DNA of 32,000 nt from contig JAQVRT010000001.1 of the NCBI GenBank assembly GCA_028700905.1, positions 1-32,000 on the forward strand, in the 5' to 3' direction. Every line of letters begins with the position of its first letter. The first letter of the stretch is position 1. The notes beneath the pieces are model-generated. The model was given only the letters and a program-made list of their open reading frames with translations, searched no databases and was not told where the DNA came from. Of this stretch, positions 16,880 to 24,853 are shown in pieces. This DNA comes from Candidatus Iainarchaeum sp. Its GTDB lineage: Archaea; Iainarchaeota; Iainarchaeia; Iainarchaeales; CSSED10-239. A program made the position numbers and the translations under genes.

Positions 16880-17509
16880 ATGAATTTTGAAAATATAATT
16901 TTTGGAAATATTAATAATTTTGATAAAGCTTTATTAAAAGAAATTATTGATCATCTTAATGAAAAAAAAATAAACTATTTCTACTTAAGTGGACTTTGTG
17001 AAGATTTTGGAAAAGAGTATATAAAAAACAATAATTTAGATTATTTTTTTAATATTAATAAAATCTATCATGTAGATCAATCTTATTTAGACACTCTTTC
17101 TGAAATTGATTTAGAGATTAGAAAAGAGAAATATAAAGTTTCAAAAGATTATATTGACCAATATTATAAAATCTATTTTTTAACTAAATTAAAACCTAAC
17201 CTTAATAATGAAAAAACTCTATTTATAGGGAGTGATATTTGGACTGATGCTTATTATATATCTGAATATACTCTTGCAAATGTTGTTTTATTAAAACCAG
17301 AAATTACATTTAATAAAGAAGAATTTAATAAAGATTTAAAAACAATTAATTGTTTTGAAAATATATCTGATTTTAAAAAAATAATTGAAGAAGAAACTGA
17401 ATTTAATTATTCTAAACTAAAGTCTTTTGCAAAAAGTTATTTAATTTCAAAGACTGTTGGTAAATTAGATTTAGATTTAAGTAAAATATATAAAAAGAGT
17501 GATAAGTAA
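16880..17509 (+). CDS. Hypothetical protein, possibly a degenerate HAD-like fold
   Basis: LFIGSDIWTD resembles HAD motif IV, but the N-terminal DxDxT position reads FGNINN. The stop overlaps the enolase ATG (TAATG). Confidence 0.45.
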   Translation: MNFENIIFGNINNFDKALLKEIIDHLNEKKINYFYLSGLCEDFGKEYIKNNNLDYFFNINKIYHVDQSYLDTLSEIDLEIRKEKYKVSKDYIDQYYKIYFLTKLKPNLNNEKTLFIGSDIWTDAYYISEYTLANVVLLKPEITFNKEEFNKDLKTINCFENISDFKKIIEEETEFNYSKLKSFAKSYLISKTVGKLDLDLSKIYKKSDK

Positions 17510-18756
17510 TGGAAATAAAAGAAATAAAAGCAATTAGAGTTTTAGATTCTAGAGGAGTTCCTACAATTAAAACTTTTGTAAAAACAGAAAATGAAACAGG
17601 ATCAGCATCAATTCCTTCTGGAACTTCGGCTGGTTTGTTTGAAGCTTATGAACTTAGAGATACAAAATCTAAAGATTATTTTAATTTAGATGTTTCTAAA
17701 GCTATAAAAAATGTAAACACTGTAATTAATAAAAAATTAAAAGGTAAGTTTGTACTTGACCAAGAAGAGATTGATAAAACATTATTAGAGCTTGATGGTA
17801 CTGATAATAAATCTAGACTTGGTGCAAATGCAATTCTTTCTGTAAGTCTTGCTGTTTCAAGAGCAGCTGCAAATGAATTATCTATGCCTTTATATCAGTA
17901 TATTTCTAGATTAAATAATAATAACAATTTTAAAGATCCAACTCCTCTTTCAAACATTATTAATGGTGGACTTCATTCTGGATCTAATATTGCTTTTCAA
18001 GAATATTTAATAATTCCAAAATTTAAAGAAATCCAAGACTCTATAAAATCAATGAGTGAAATATATCATTCCTTAAAAAATATTATTTCAAAAGAGTATG
18101 GTCCTTCTTCTACAAATGTTGGTTTTGAAGGGGGTTTTGTGCCTAACTTTAAAGATGTTAATGAAGAAAATCCATTAATCTTAATTGAAAAAGCAATTAA
18201 AGATGCAGGATATACAAGAAAAGAAATTGGTTTAGGGCTTGATTGTGCTGCAAATTCTTTTTATAATGAAAAAGAAAAAAAATATTTTTTAAATAATAAA
18301 AATTATTCTTCTACAGAATTATTAGATTATTATTTAGAGCTTATTAAAAAATTTAAAATTAAATCTATAGAAGATCCTTTCTTTGAGAAAGATAAAAAAG
18401 CATGGCAAGAGTTTAGTAAAAAAGTAAATTCTTCAATCAATGTTGTTGGAGATGATCTTTTAGTTACAAATCCAACTTTAATAAAAGATGCTATTTCTAA
18501 AAAATACTGTAATTCTCTACTTTTAAAAGTAAATCAAATAGGGACATTAACTGAAAGTTTAAATGCATTTAATATTTCAAAAAAAGCAGATTGGAAAGTT
18601 ATTGTCTCTCATAGATCAGGAGAAACTGAAGATAATTATATTTCAGATCTTGCATATGGTATTAATGCTGATTATGTTAAATTTGGTGCTCCTTCAAGAG
18701 GAGAAAGAACTTCTAAATATAATAGACTTCTTGAGATTAAAGAAATAAAAAGTTAA
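17509..18756 (+). CDS. eno: Enolase (phosphopyruvate hydratase)
   Basis: SHRSGETED and LLKVNQIGTLTE motifs. The N-terminal IKAIRVLDSRGVPT is typical of enolase. Length 415 aa. Confidence 0.95.
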   Translation: MEIKEIKAIRVLDSRGVPTIKTFVKTENETGSASIPSGTSAGLFEAYELRDTKSKDYFNLDVSKAIKNVNTVINKKLKGKFVLDQEEIDKTLLELDGTDNKSRLGANAILSVSLAVSRAAANELSMPLYQYISRLNNNNNFKDPTPLSNIINGGLHSGSNIAFQEYLIIPKFKEIQDSIKSMSEIYHSLKNIISKEYGPSSTNVGFEGGFVPNFKDVNEENPLILIEKAIKDAGYTRKEIGLGLDCAANSFYNEKEKKYFLNNKNYSSTELLDYYLELIKKFKIKSIEDPFFEKDKKAWQEFSKKVNSSINVVGDDLLVTNPTLIKDAISKKYCNSLLLKVNQIGTLTESLNAFNISKKADWKVIVSHRSGETEDNYISDLAYGINADYVKFGAPSRGERTSKYNRLLEIKEIKS

Positions 18757-18768
18757 AGAGAAAGAAAA

Positions 18769-18939
18769 TTATTCTTTCTTTTTAAGCATAGGAAGTCCAG
18801 TTCTTTTATTTTCTATGACTTTATAACCATTTGGCAAATCTATTGAATCTGTAGAATCTCCAGAAAAGAAAAAAAGATGTCCTTTTTTATGAAGATAATA
18901 TGTTTTTCCATTTTTTTTATTTTCTTGTGAATAACCCAT
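18769..18939 (-). CDS. Small (56 aa) conserved-looking protein, absent from the ORF track
   Basis: My translation: MGYSQENKKNGKTYYLHKKGHLFFFSGDSTDSIDLPNGYKVIENKRTGLPMLKKKE. AGGGGG lies about 9 nt upstream of the ATG on the minus strand. It is below the track size cut-off. Confidence 0.5.
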   Translation of the reverse strand: MGYSQENKKNGKTYYLHKKGHLFFFSGDSTDSIDLPNGYKVIENKRTGLPMLKKKE

Positions 18940-19115
18940 ATTTTAACAACCCCCTTAAAATTGTTTTTAGAATAAAATATTTTTTTCTAATTATTTTAAA
19001 TATTTTTAATCTAGAAACTAAACTATTCAATATATAGAAACAATTCTTTTATAATATAGTTGGTTTTTTAGGTTAATTTATTCACTGTTAAAAATAACGA
19101 TACCTTTAAAAAACA

Positions 19116-19123
19116 TTTATAAA
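19116..19123 (+). promoter_or_regulatory. TATA box for 19172..20026
   Basis: acaTTTATAAAcat. The predicted TSS is near 19146. AGGTG at 19165-19169 precedes ATG 19172 and ATG 19178. Confidence 0.5.
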
Positions 19124-19171
19124 CATATTTATTTATAAGTTTAATATACTTTATAATATTTAAAAGGTGAA

Positions 19172-20026
19172 ATGAAAATGGCAGATGAATTTGATTTAAA
19201 TGAAGACATGGGCTCTACTTCTAAAAGATCTGGAACTTCAAAATTAAGACTTGAAGGAATAATTCCAATTGTAATAATAATTATTGTTGTTTTATTAATT
19301 GCTTTTAAAACAAACATATTTTCTGGATCTTCAGAAATATTTAGTGGAAAAGGATCAGCAGTTTTAATAATTGGTTCTCCAAGCCCTAATTTACAATTAG
19401 TTTTAAACAATGCAGAAAATAAAGATTTAATTAAAGAAAAAAGACAGATAACCATGGATGCTCTTTTGTATAATCCTACTGAAAGGATAAAAGGGTATGA
19501 TGTTATAATATTAGATCAAAGTTTATCTGCTGATAAATCAATTACAAGAACAGCAGGAGAAGCAATAGCTTCTTTTGTAAAATCAGGTGGAAGTTTAATG
19601 GTTGTTTTAAACTCTGGAATTGAAAGACCAGGAGATCCTTCAGTTATTGGTTGGAAACCAACTTTTGGAGACATCATTCCTGTTTCTTGTGATCCTACAC
19701 TTTATAGTACTCCAAGTTGTAAACAACAATTAAGAGTAAATGGTGTTTTACATGCTAATAGATACAATAGTAAACAAGGTGCATATAAGATCATGTATGG
19801 TATTGAAAAAGTACCTGCACTTGAATCTGCTGGACTTATTTCAACAGAGACATATCCTGTAACTGTTAATGGTAATGAAATTGCATATTTAGTTGATTCA
19901 AGAACAGGAACATATTATCCTGCTATTGTTGAAAAACCATTACTTTTAGGAAAAGTAATTTACTTTAATTATGATCCTGGACTTTCAGAAACAATTTTTG
20001 TAAATACTTTAAAATATTTAAGTTAG
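19172..20026 (+). CDS. Membrane-anchored protein with an extracytoplasmic alpha/beta domain, function unknown
   Basis: A short charged N-terminus is followed by a TM segment (IIPIVIIIIVVLLIAF). YDVIILDQS...AIASFVKSGGSLMVVLNSG resembles a GATase1-like fold. It has one Cys pair. The start may be ATG 19178 given the SD spacing. Confidence 0.55.
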   Translation: MKMADEFDLNEDMGSTSKRSGTSKLRLEGIIPIVIIIIVVLLIAFKTNIFSGSSEIFSGKGSAVLIIGSPSPNLQLVLNNAENKDLIKEKRQITMDALLYNPTERIKGYDVIILDQSLSADKSITRTAGEAIASFVKSGGSLMVVLNSGIERPGDPSVIGWKPTFGDIIPVSCDPTLYSTPSCKQQLRVNGVLHANRYNSKQGAYKIMYGIEKVPALESAGLISTETYPVTVNGNEIAYLVDSRTGTYYPAIVEKPLLLGKVIYFNYDPGLSETIFVNTLKYLS

Positions 20027-20201
20027 ATTTTTTTAAAAAAATAAAAAATCTTTCTCTTTTTTCTTCTTTTTTTTAAAAAAATATACATTTAAAAACACTT
20101 CTCTGCTATAATTATATTACTTTTAAAGCTATTTATAGTTTTAATATTATTAAAAAAACCGATATAACTGCTTAAAATAAAGCAGGAGGTGCAAAGTAGA
20201 T

Positions 20202-20858
20202 ATGGATAAAAAGACATTAGAGTCTACCATTAAAGATTTATTTTCAAAACTTAAGAAAAGAAATTTTGATGAATCAGTAGACTTAATTGTAACATTCAAA
20301 AATATGAATATTAAAAATAAAGATCATAGATTTGAATACTTTGTAAGTATACCTCATCCATTTGTAACTAAAATAAAGACACTTGCATTTGTTAAGAATA
20401 AACAATATTTAGAGTCTTTAAAAGGTATTGTGGATAAAGTAATTCCTGATGAAGAAATATCAAAAATTACTAAAAAAGAAGGTAAAAAACTTGCAAATGA
20501 GTTTGATTTAATTTTAGCAGAAGGTCCTGCTATGCTAACTGTGGGAAAATTTTTAGGACAAGTTTTAAGTCCTAGAGGAAAAATGCCTACAATTATGCCA
20601 CCATCAGAACCAGCTGTAAAAAGTTTAATTGAATCTCAACTTTCAAAAGTAAAAGTGACTAATAAAAAAAGTAAATCTTCTGTTTCTTTAATGCTTAGAA
20701 TTGGAAAGAAAAGTCAAGATGCAGCTTTTATTGCAGAAAATACTTTGTCTGTTTTAAGTTCTCTTGGAGAAAAACTTCCAAATGGAAAACAGAATATTAA
20801 AGATGTTATTTTTAAAACAACAATGAGTGCACCTGTTAAGGTAGGAGGTGCTTTATAG
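20202..20858 (+). CDS. rpl1: Ribosomal protein L1 (uL1)
   Basis: LSPRGKMP motif and overall L1 pattern. GGAGGTG lies upstream. It is the first gene of the L1-P0-P1 operon. Confidence 0.9.
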   Translation: MDKKTLESTIKDLFSKLKKRNFDESVDLIVTFKNMNIKNKDHRFEYFVSIPHPFVTKIKTLAFVKNKQYLESLKGIVDKVIPDEEISKITKKEGKKLANEFDLILAEGPAMLTVGKFLGQVLSPRGKMPTIMPPSEPAVKSLIESQLSKVKVTNKKSKSSVSLMLRIGKKSQDAAFIAENTLSVLSSLGEKLPNGKQNIKDVIFKTTMSAPVKVGGAL

Positions 20859-21623
20859 ATGACAAGACATCTTAAAGAATGGAGATTAAAAGAATTAGGT
20901 GTTATTTCTGATCTTATCTCTCAATATAAAACAATTGGTATTGGTGATTTGTATAATTTTCCTTCAGCTTTACTTCATAAGCTAAGAAAAAATACTCCTG
21001 AGATACATTTTAAAGTAACAAATAGAAATATCTTAAAAATGGCTCTTGAAAAAATAGGTCAAAAAGATTTAATTGAAAAGCTTCCTGATCAACCAATATT
21101 GATTTTATCAAATAATAATGCTTTTGAAATATATTCTTCAATTAAGAAAAATAAATCAAAATCAAAAGCAAAGGTTGGTATGTTATCTCCAATTGATATT
21201 GTTGTTCCTGAAGGAGACACTGGTCTTGCACCTGGTCCTGCACTTTCAGATCTTAAAAAAGTTGGTATTAAGGCTCAAGTAAAAGGAGCTACAATCCATG
21301 TTACAAAAGATACTGTTATTGCAAAAGAAGGAGATGTTATCAATGAAGATATTGTAAGTACTTTATCAAAGCTTGACATTAAACCTGTTGAATTAATTTT
21401 AGAAGTTGTCTTTATTAAAGAAGATGGAATAATTTATTCAAAAGATGTTTTAGATGTTGATGCTGAAACAATATATAACAATTTCATAACTGCTGTAAGA
21501 CAATCAATTAATTTAGGTGTTGAAATATCTTACGCAACAGAACTTACAATTGAGCCTATGATAATGATGGCTGAATTGAAAGCAAAAGCCTTAGAAAAAG
21601 AGGTTGAAGAAAAAGGAAATTAA
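20859..21623 (+). CDS. rplP0: Ribosomal stalk protein P0 (uL10), C-terminally short
   Basis: N-terminal KEWRLKEL..., LAPGPALSDLKKVGI, and ISYATELTIEP matching the archaeal P0 core. The ORF ends at 254 aa without the long spine or the GLGxLFG tail. It starts on the base after the L1 stop. Confidence 0.85.
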   Translation: MTRHLKEWRLKELGVISDLISQYKTIGIGDLYNFPSALLHKLRKNTPEIHFKVTNRNILKMALEKIGQKDLIEKLPDQPILILSNNNAFEIYSSIKKNKSKSKAKVGMLSPIDIVVPEGDTGLAPGPALSDLKKVGIKAQVKGATIHVTKDTVIAKEGDVINEDIVSTLSKLDIKPVELILEVVFIKEDGIIYSKDVLDVDAETIYNNFITAVRQSINLGVEISYATELTIEPMIMMAELKAKALEKEVEEKGN

Positions 21624-21673
21624 ATTTTCCTTTTTTTTATAAAAAAAAATTAAAAATAAGAGGGTGAATTAGT

Positions 21674-21964
21674 ATGGATTATATCTATGCAGTTTTATTA
21701 TTACACAATGCAAAAAAAGAAATTACAGATGCAAATGTTAAAGCAGTATTAACTGCTGCAGGCGTTTCTGTTGATGATGGAAAATTAAAAGGTCTTTTAG
21801 CTTCATTAAAAGAAGTAAATATCGCTGAAGCTATAGAAAAAGCATCAATGCCTGTTGCTGCTGCAGCTGGTCCTGCTGCTGAAGTAAAAGAAGAAAAGAA
21901 AGAAGAAGAAGTTGAAGTTTCAGAAGAATCAGCTGCTGAAGGTTTAGGTTCTCTTTTCGGTTAG
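21674..21964 (+). CDS. rpl12: Ribosomal stalk protein P1 (L12e)
   Basis: [14 protein letters not shown]-terminus, Ala/Glu/Lys-rich hinge, and the conserved C-terminus EGLGSLFG. Confidence 0.9.
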   Translation: MDYIYAVLLLHNAKKEITDANVKAVLTAAGVSVDDGKLKGLLASLKEVNIAEAIEKASMPVAAAAGPAAEVKEEKKEEEVEVSEESAAEGLGSLFG

Positions 21965-22025
21965 AGGTTTTCTTTAACCTTTTTTTTTTTTTTAATTAAA
22001 GATTTTTTAATAAACATATAAAGTT

Positions 22026-22050
22026 AAGAAAAAGATTTTTTCTTTTTCTT
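22026..22050 (+). terminator. Perfect 10-bp hairpin downstream of the stalk operon
   Basis: aagaaaaaga (22026-22035) pairs with tctttttctt (22041-22050) across a ttttt loop. T-rich sequence follows. It lies about 60 nt after the P1 stop. Confidence 0.35.
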
Positions 22051-22052
22051 TA

Positions 22053-22077
22053 TTTCTTTTTCTCGGCCTTTTTCTTT
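22053..22077 (+). repeat. Direct repeat copy 1 (tttcttt-tt-ctcggcctt-t-ttcttt)
   Basis: The GC-rich core ctcggcc is conspicuous in AT-rich DNA. It matches 22710-22732 except for a 2-nt indel and one substitution. Confidence 0.6.
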
Positions 22078-22160
22078 AGATATCTTTTTAAACGTTTAGT
22101 AATTATATCTATTTATCAATAAGCCCCAACACCGTTATAAAGTTCTTGCAATAGGACAAG

Positions 22161-22709
22161 GTGTTGGATGATATTATTATGTGTCTGAAAGATAGTTTAA
22201 TAATTTTTATAGATAATGCTTATCTTAAAAAAGTATATTCTTTTTATAATAAATCTAATTTTAATTTTGATATTAAAAAATTTTCAATGAATCTTGCAAA
22301 AGAAAACAAACTTTTTTGTAAAAAAATATATCTTTATGACGCACCTCCTTTTGAAAATAATTCTTTAAAGATGGAAAAATATAATTCCTTTAAAAAGTAT
22401 TTAAAAAAAAGAAATATCTTTATTAGAGAAGGCAAATTACAAAAAATATCTGATAGGTATACTCAAAAGGGTGTAGATAGTTTACTTACAATGGATCTTT
22501 TAATTAACTCTTTTGAAAAAAATGCTTTTAATTTTATAATTATTACTGCTGATACTGATTTTGTGCCTGTTATTGCTGAAGTTAAAAACAAAGCTATAAA
22601 AGTTATTTTGTATTGTTTAATAAATAAATCCAGACATTTCTTTTTATCAAATCATTTATTATCTATTTGTGATGAAGTTAAGATTATTAAAGAAACCCAT
22701 TTTAATTAG
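22161..22709 (+). CDS. NYN-domain (LabA/DUF88-like) protein, second paralog
   Basis: GVDSLLTMDLL and IIITADTDFVPVI motifs. The track start at 22161 is GTG and lies inside a stem, so ATG 22179 is a more likely start. Confidence 0.7.
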   Translation: MLDDIIMCLKDSLIIFIDNAYLKKVYSFYNKSNFNFDIKKFSMNLAKENKLFCKKIYLYDAPPFENNSLKMEKYNSFKKYLKKRNIFIREGKLQKISDRYTQKGVDSLLTMDLLINSFEKNAFNFIIITADTDFVPVIAEVKNKAIKVILYCLINKSRHFFLSNHLLSICDEVKIIKETHFN

Positions 22710-22732
22710 TTTCTTTCTCGGCCTTGTTCTTT
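22710..22732 (+). repeat. Direct repeat copy 2 (tttcttt-ctcggcctt-g-ttcttt)
   Basis: Begins on the base after the NYN stop codon. See copy 1 at 22053-22077. Confidence 0.6.
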
Positions 22733-22771
22733 CAATAAATATATAAACTATTTATTCTATTATTATATATC

Positions 22772-24358
22772 ATGTTAGAAGACAAGTACATTACTTTTCC
22801 ATATATAAAGAAAAATACTGTGGAAAAAAGAGTTTATCAAGAACTATTGACTGCAAAAGCTATTGAAACATCAACTTTAGTTGTAGCTCCAACTGGTCTT
22901 GGTAAAACCATTGTTGCAGTTTTACTTATAGGGTTTATATATAATCCAAAAAAATCAATTTTATTTTTAGCACCAACAAAACCTCTTGTCTCACAACATA
23001 AAAAATCTTTAGAAAAAGTTTTAGACGTTGATCCTGATAAAATAATACTTTTAACTGGACAAATTCCTCCTGAAAAAAGAAAAGAAATTTATTCTCAAAA
23101 AGGTTTAGTTATTTGTGCTACTCCTCAAACAATAGATAATGATATTAAAAATAATCTTTTAAAAGAAGATAACTTTAATTTAATTATTTTTGATGAAGCT
23201 CACAGAGCTGTTGGAGAATATGCTTATGTTTCTATTTCTTCTTTTTTTAATGAAGAAACTAAAAGACTTGCATTAACTGCATCTCCTGGTTATAATAAAC
23301 AGAAAATTAAAGAAATTGCAGATAACTTAAAAATAAAACATATAGAAATTAAAACTGAATCTGATTTAGATGTTATTGATTATGTAAAAGATATTGAGAT
23401 TGAAACTGTTTTTGTTGAGCTTGATGGAGTTTCAAAAAAAATTTCAAAACTTTTAGATTCATTTATTTTAAATAAAATAGAACTTTTAAGAAAACTTAAT
23501 TTATCTGTCTCTTCAAATTTTACAAAAAAACAAATATTAATGGTTCAACAGCAGTTATTCAAAAGACTTGAATCTTCTAAAAATTCATTAAATTTTGTTG
23601 CACTTATAAATGTGTCTTTAGCGTTAAAAGCACTTTATGCAAAAGAGTTAATTGAAACTCAAGGTTTTTTACCTTTAAAACATTATCTTGAAAAAGCTTT
23701 TGTAGATTCTAAATCTTCAAAAACTACAAAAACTTTAAATCAATTTGTAAATTCTAAAGAAATTTTAGAAACTTATTCTTTATTAATTAATCTAGATTAT
23801 TCAAAACCAATTTATTCTAAGGAAAAAGAAATTGTAGAATTGGTTAAAAACTTTATTTTAAATAATCCTTCTTCAAAAATATTAATTTTTAATAATTTTA
23901 GAGATTCTGCTCAAAATATTTCTAATTATTTAAATCAATATGATCAGATAAATAGTGTTAGATTTGTTGGACAATCTTCTAAAGAAAAAGATAAAGGATT
24001 ATCTCAAAAAGAACAATCTCAAATAATTTCTGACTTTAGAGATGGATTAAACAATGTTTTAGTGTGTACTTCTGTTGGTGAAGAAGGACTTGATATTCCT
24101 TCAGTTGATTTAGTTATTTTTTATGATGCAGTTCCTTCAGAAATAAGATCTATACAGAGAAGAGGAAGGACAGGTAGGTTTAATGCAGGTAAAGTCATTA
24201 TTCTTTTAAACAAAGATACAATTGATGAACATTATTATTATGTTTCTTTAAAGAAAGAAAAAACTATGAACAAAAATTTAATTTCCATGTCAAGAGATGG
24301 AGATTTAAAAATTGTTAAGAGAAAGAAAAAAGTTCAAAAAAATTTAGGTGATTTTTAA
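22772..24358 (+). CDS. hef: Hef/FANCM-type SF2 helicase (helicase portion only)
   Basis: Walker A APTGLGKT, DEAH box FDEAHRAV, TASPG, and motif VI QRRGRTGR. It has an insertion domain between the RecA lobes and ends with QKNLGDF (PIP-like). The TATA-like aatatataaa about 30 nt upstream implies a near-leaderless mRNA. Confidence 0.85.
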   Translation: MLEDKYITFPYIKKNTVEKRVYQELLTAKAIETSTLVVAPTGLGKTIVAVLLIGFIYNPKKSILFLAPTKPLVSQHKKSLEKVLDVDPDKIILLTGQIPPEKRKEIYSQKGLVICATPQTIDNDIKNNLLKEDNFNLIIFDEAHRAVGEYAYVSISSFFNEETKRLALTASPGYNKQKIKEIADNLKIKHIEIKTESDLDVIDYVKDIEIETVFVELDGVSKKISKLLDSFILNKIELLRKLNLSVSSNFTKKQILMVQQQLFKRLESSKNSLNFVALINVSLALKALYAKELIETQGFLPLKHYLEKAFVDSKSSKTTKTLNQFVNSKEILETYSLLINLDYSKPIYSKEKEIVELVKNFILNNPSSKILIFNNFRDSAQNISNYLNQYDQINSVRFVGQSSKEKDKGLSQKEQSQIISDFRDGLNNVLVCTSVGEEGLDIPSVDLVIFYDAVPSEIRSIQRRGRTGRFNAGKVIILLNKDTIDEHYYYVSLKKEKTMNKNLISMSRDGDLKIVKRKKKVQKNLGDF

Positions 24359-24375
24359 AAAAGAGTTGTGATTAT

Positions 24376-24834
24376 ATGGATTTATTAGAGTTTATAATTG
24401 AAGCTAAAAAGAATACATATGCATCTTCTCGTTTAACAGATAAATTAAATAAAGATGGTTCTAAAGAATTAATCTTTGAAAAAGCTTCTTTAAAGTATGT
24501 TGATAAATATTATGGATATAATCCTTTTTCAGGTCAAGAAATTATTTTTAAAGAAGATAAAAGTATTTGGGCTATGAATTATTATGGATTTATAAAAGAT
24601 CATTTAGTTTCTGAAAAAGAAGTTTATTCTTTTTTAAAAAAAGCTTTACTTAATGTTGAAAAAAGATTTCCGTTTAGAGGTCCAAATATTTATAGAGAAG
24701 GAGATTTTGAATATTTTTCTGATACTTCTGGATTTATTGAAGAATTTAATGGAAAGGAAAGAATTGATTATAATGGTAAAACTGTGTATCATGGTTTTTA
24801 TCATGGTGGTCTTTTAAGAGATAAATTAATTTAA
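24376..24834 (+). CDS. DUF5680-like conserved protein of unknown function
   Basis: FIIEAKKNTYA, WAMNYYG, FRGP and YHGGL match my recollection of the DUF5680 family. The family name has not been verified. Confidence 0.5.
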   Translation: MDLLEFIIEAKKNTYASSRLTDKLNKDGSKELIFEKASLKYVDKYYGYNPFSGQEIIFKEDKSIWAMNYYGFIKDHLVSEKEVYSFLKKALLNVEKRFPFRGPNIYREGDFEYFSDTSGFIEEFNGKERIDYNGKTVYHGFYHGGLLRDKLI

Positions 24835-24853
24835 TTTTAAAAAATGATTTTTT

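Noticed and set aside
18759-18779. 8-bp hairpin (agaaagaa/ttctttct) right after the enolase stop
   Set aside because: It is purine/pyrimidine low-complexity sequence overlapping the stop codon of the convergent small ORF. It is plausible as a bidirectional terminator but indistinguishable from chance in this composition.
19141-19455. 104-aa minus-strand ORF overlapping the 5' part of 19172..20026
   Set aside because: It overlaps the promoter, SD and N-terminus of a better-supported plus-strand gene. No motif or SD was found.
20168-20185. 6-bp hairpin (ctgctt/aagcag) abutting the SD of the L1 gene, a possible L1 autoregulatory mRNA mimic
   Set aside because: The stem is short, and I cannot show resemblance to the 23S rRNA L1-binding site from memory. 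In Methanococcus the known site lies elsewhere relative to the start. The support is too weak to call.
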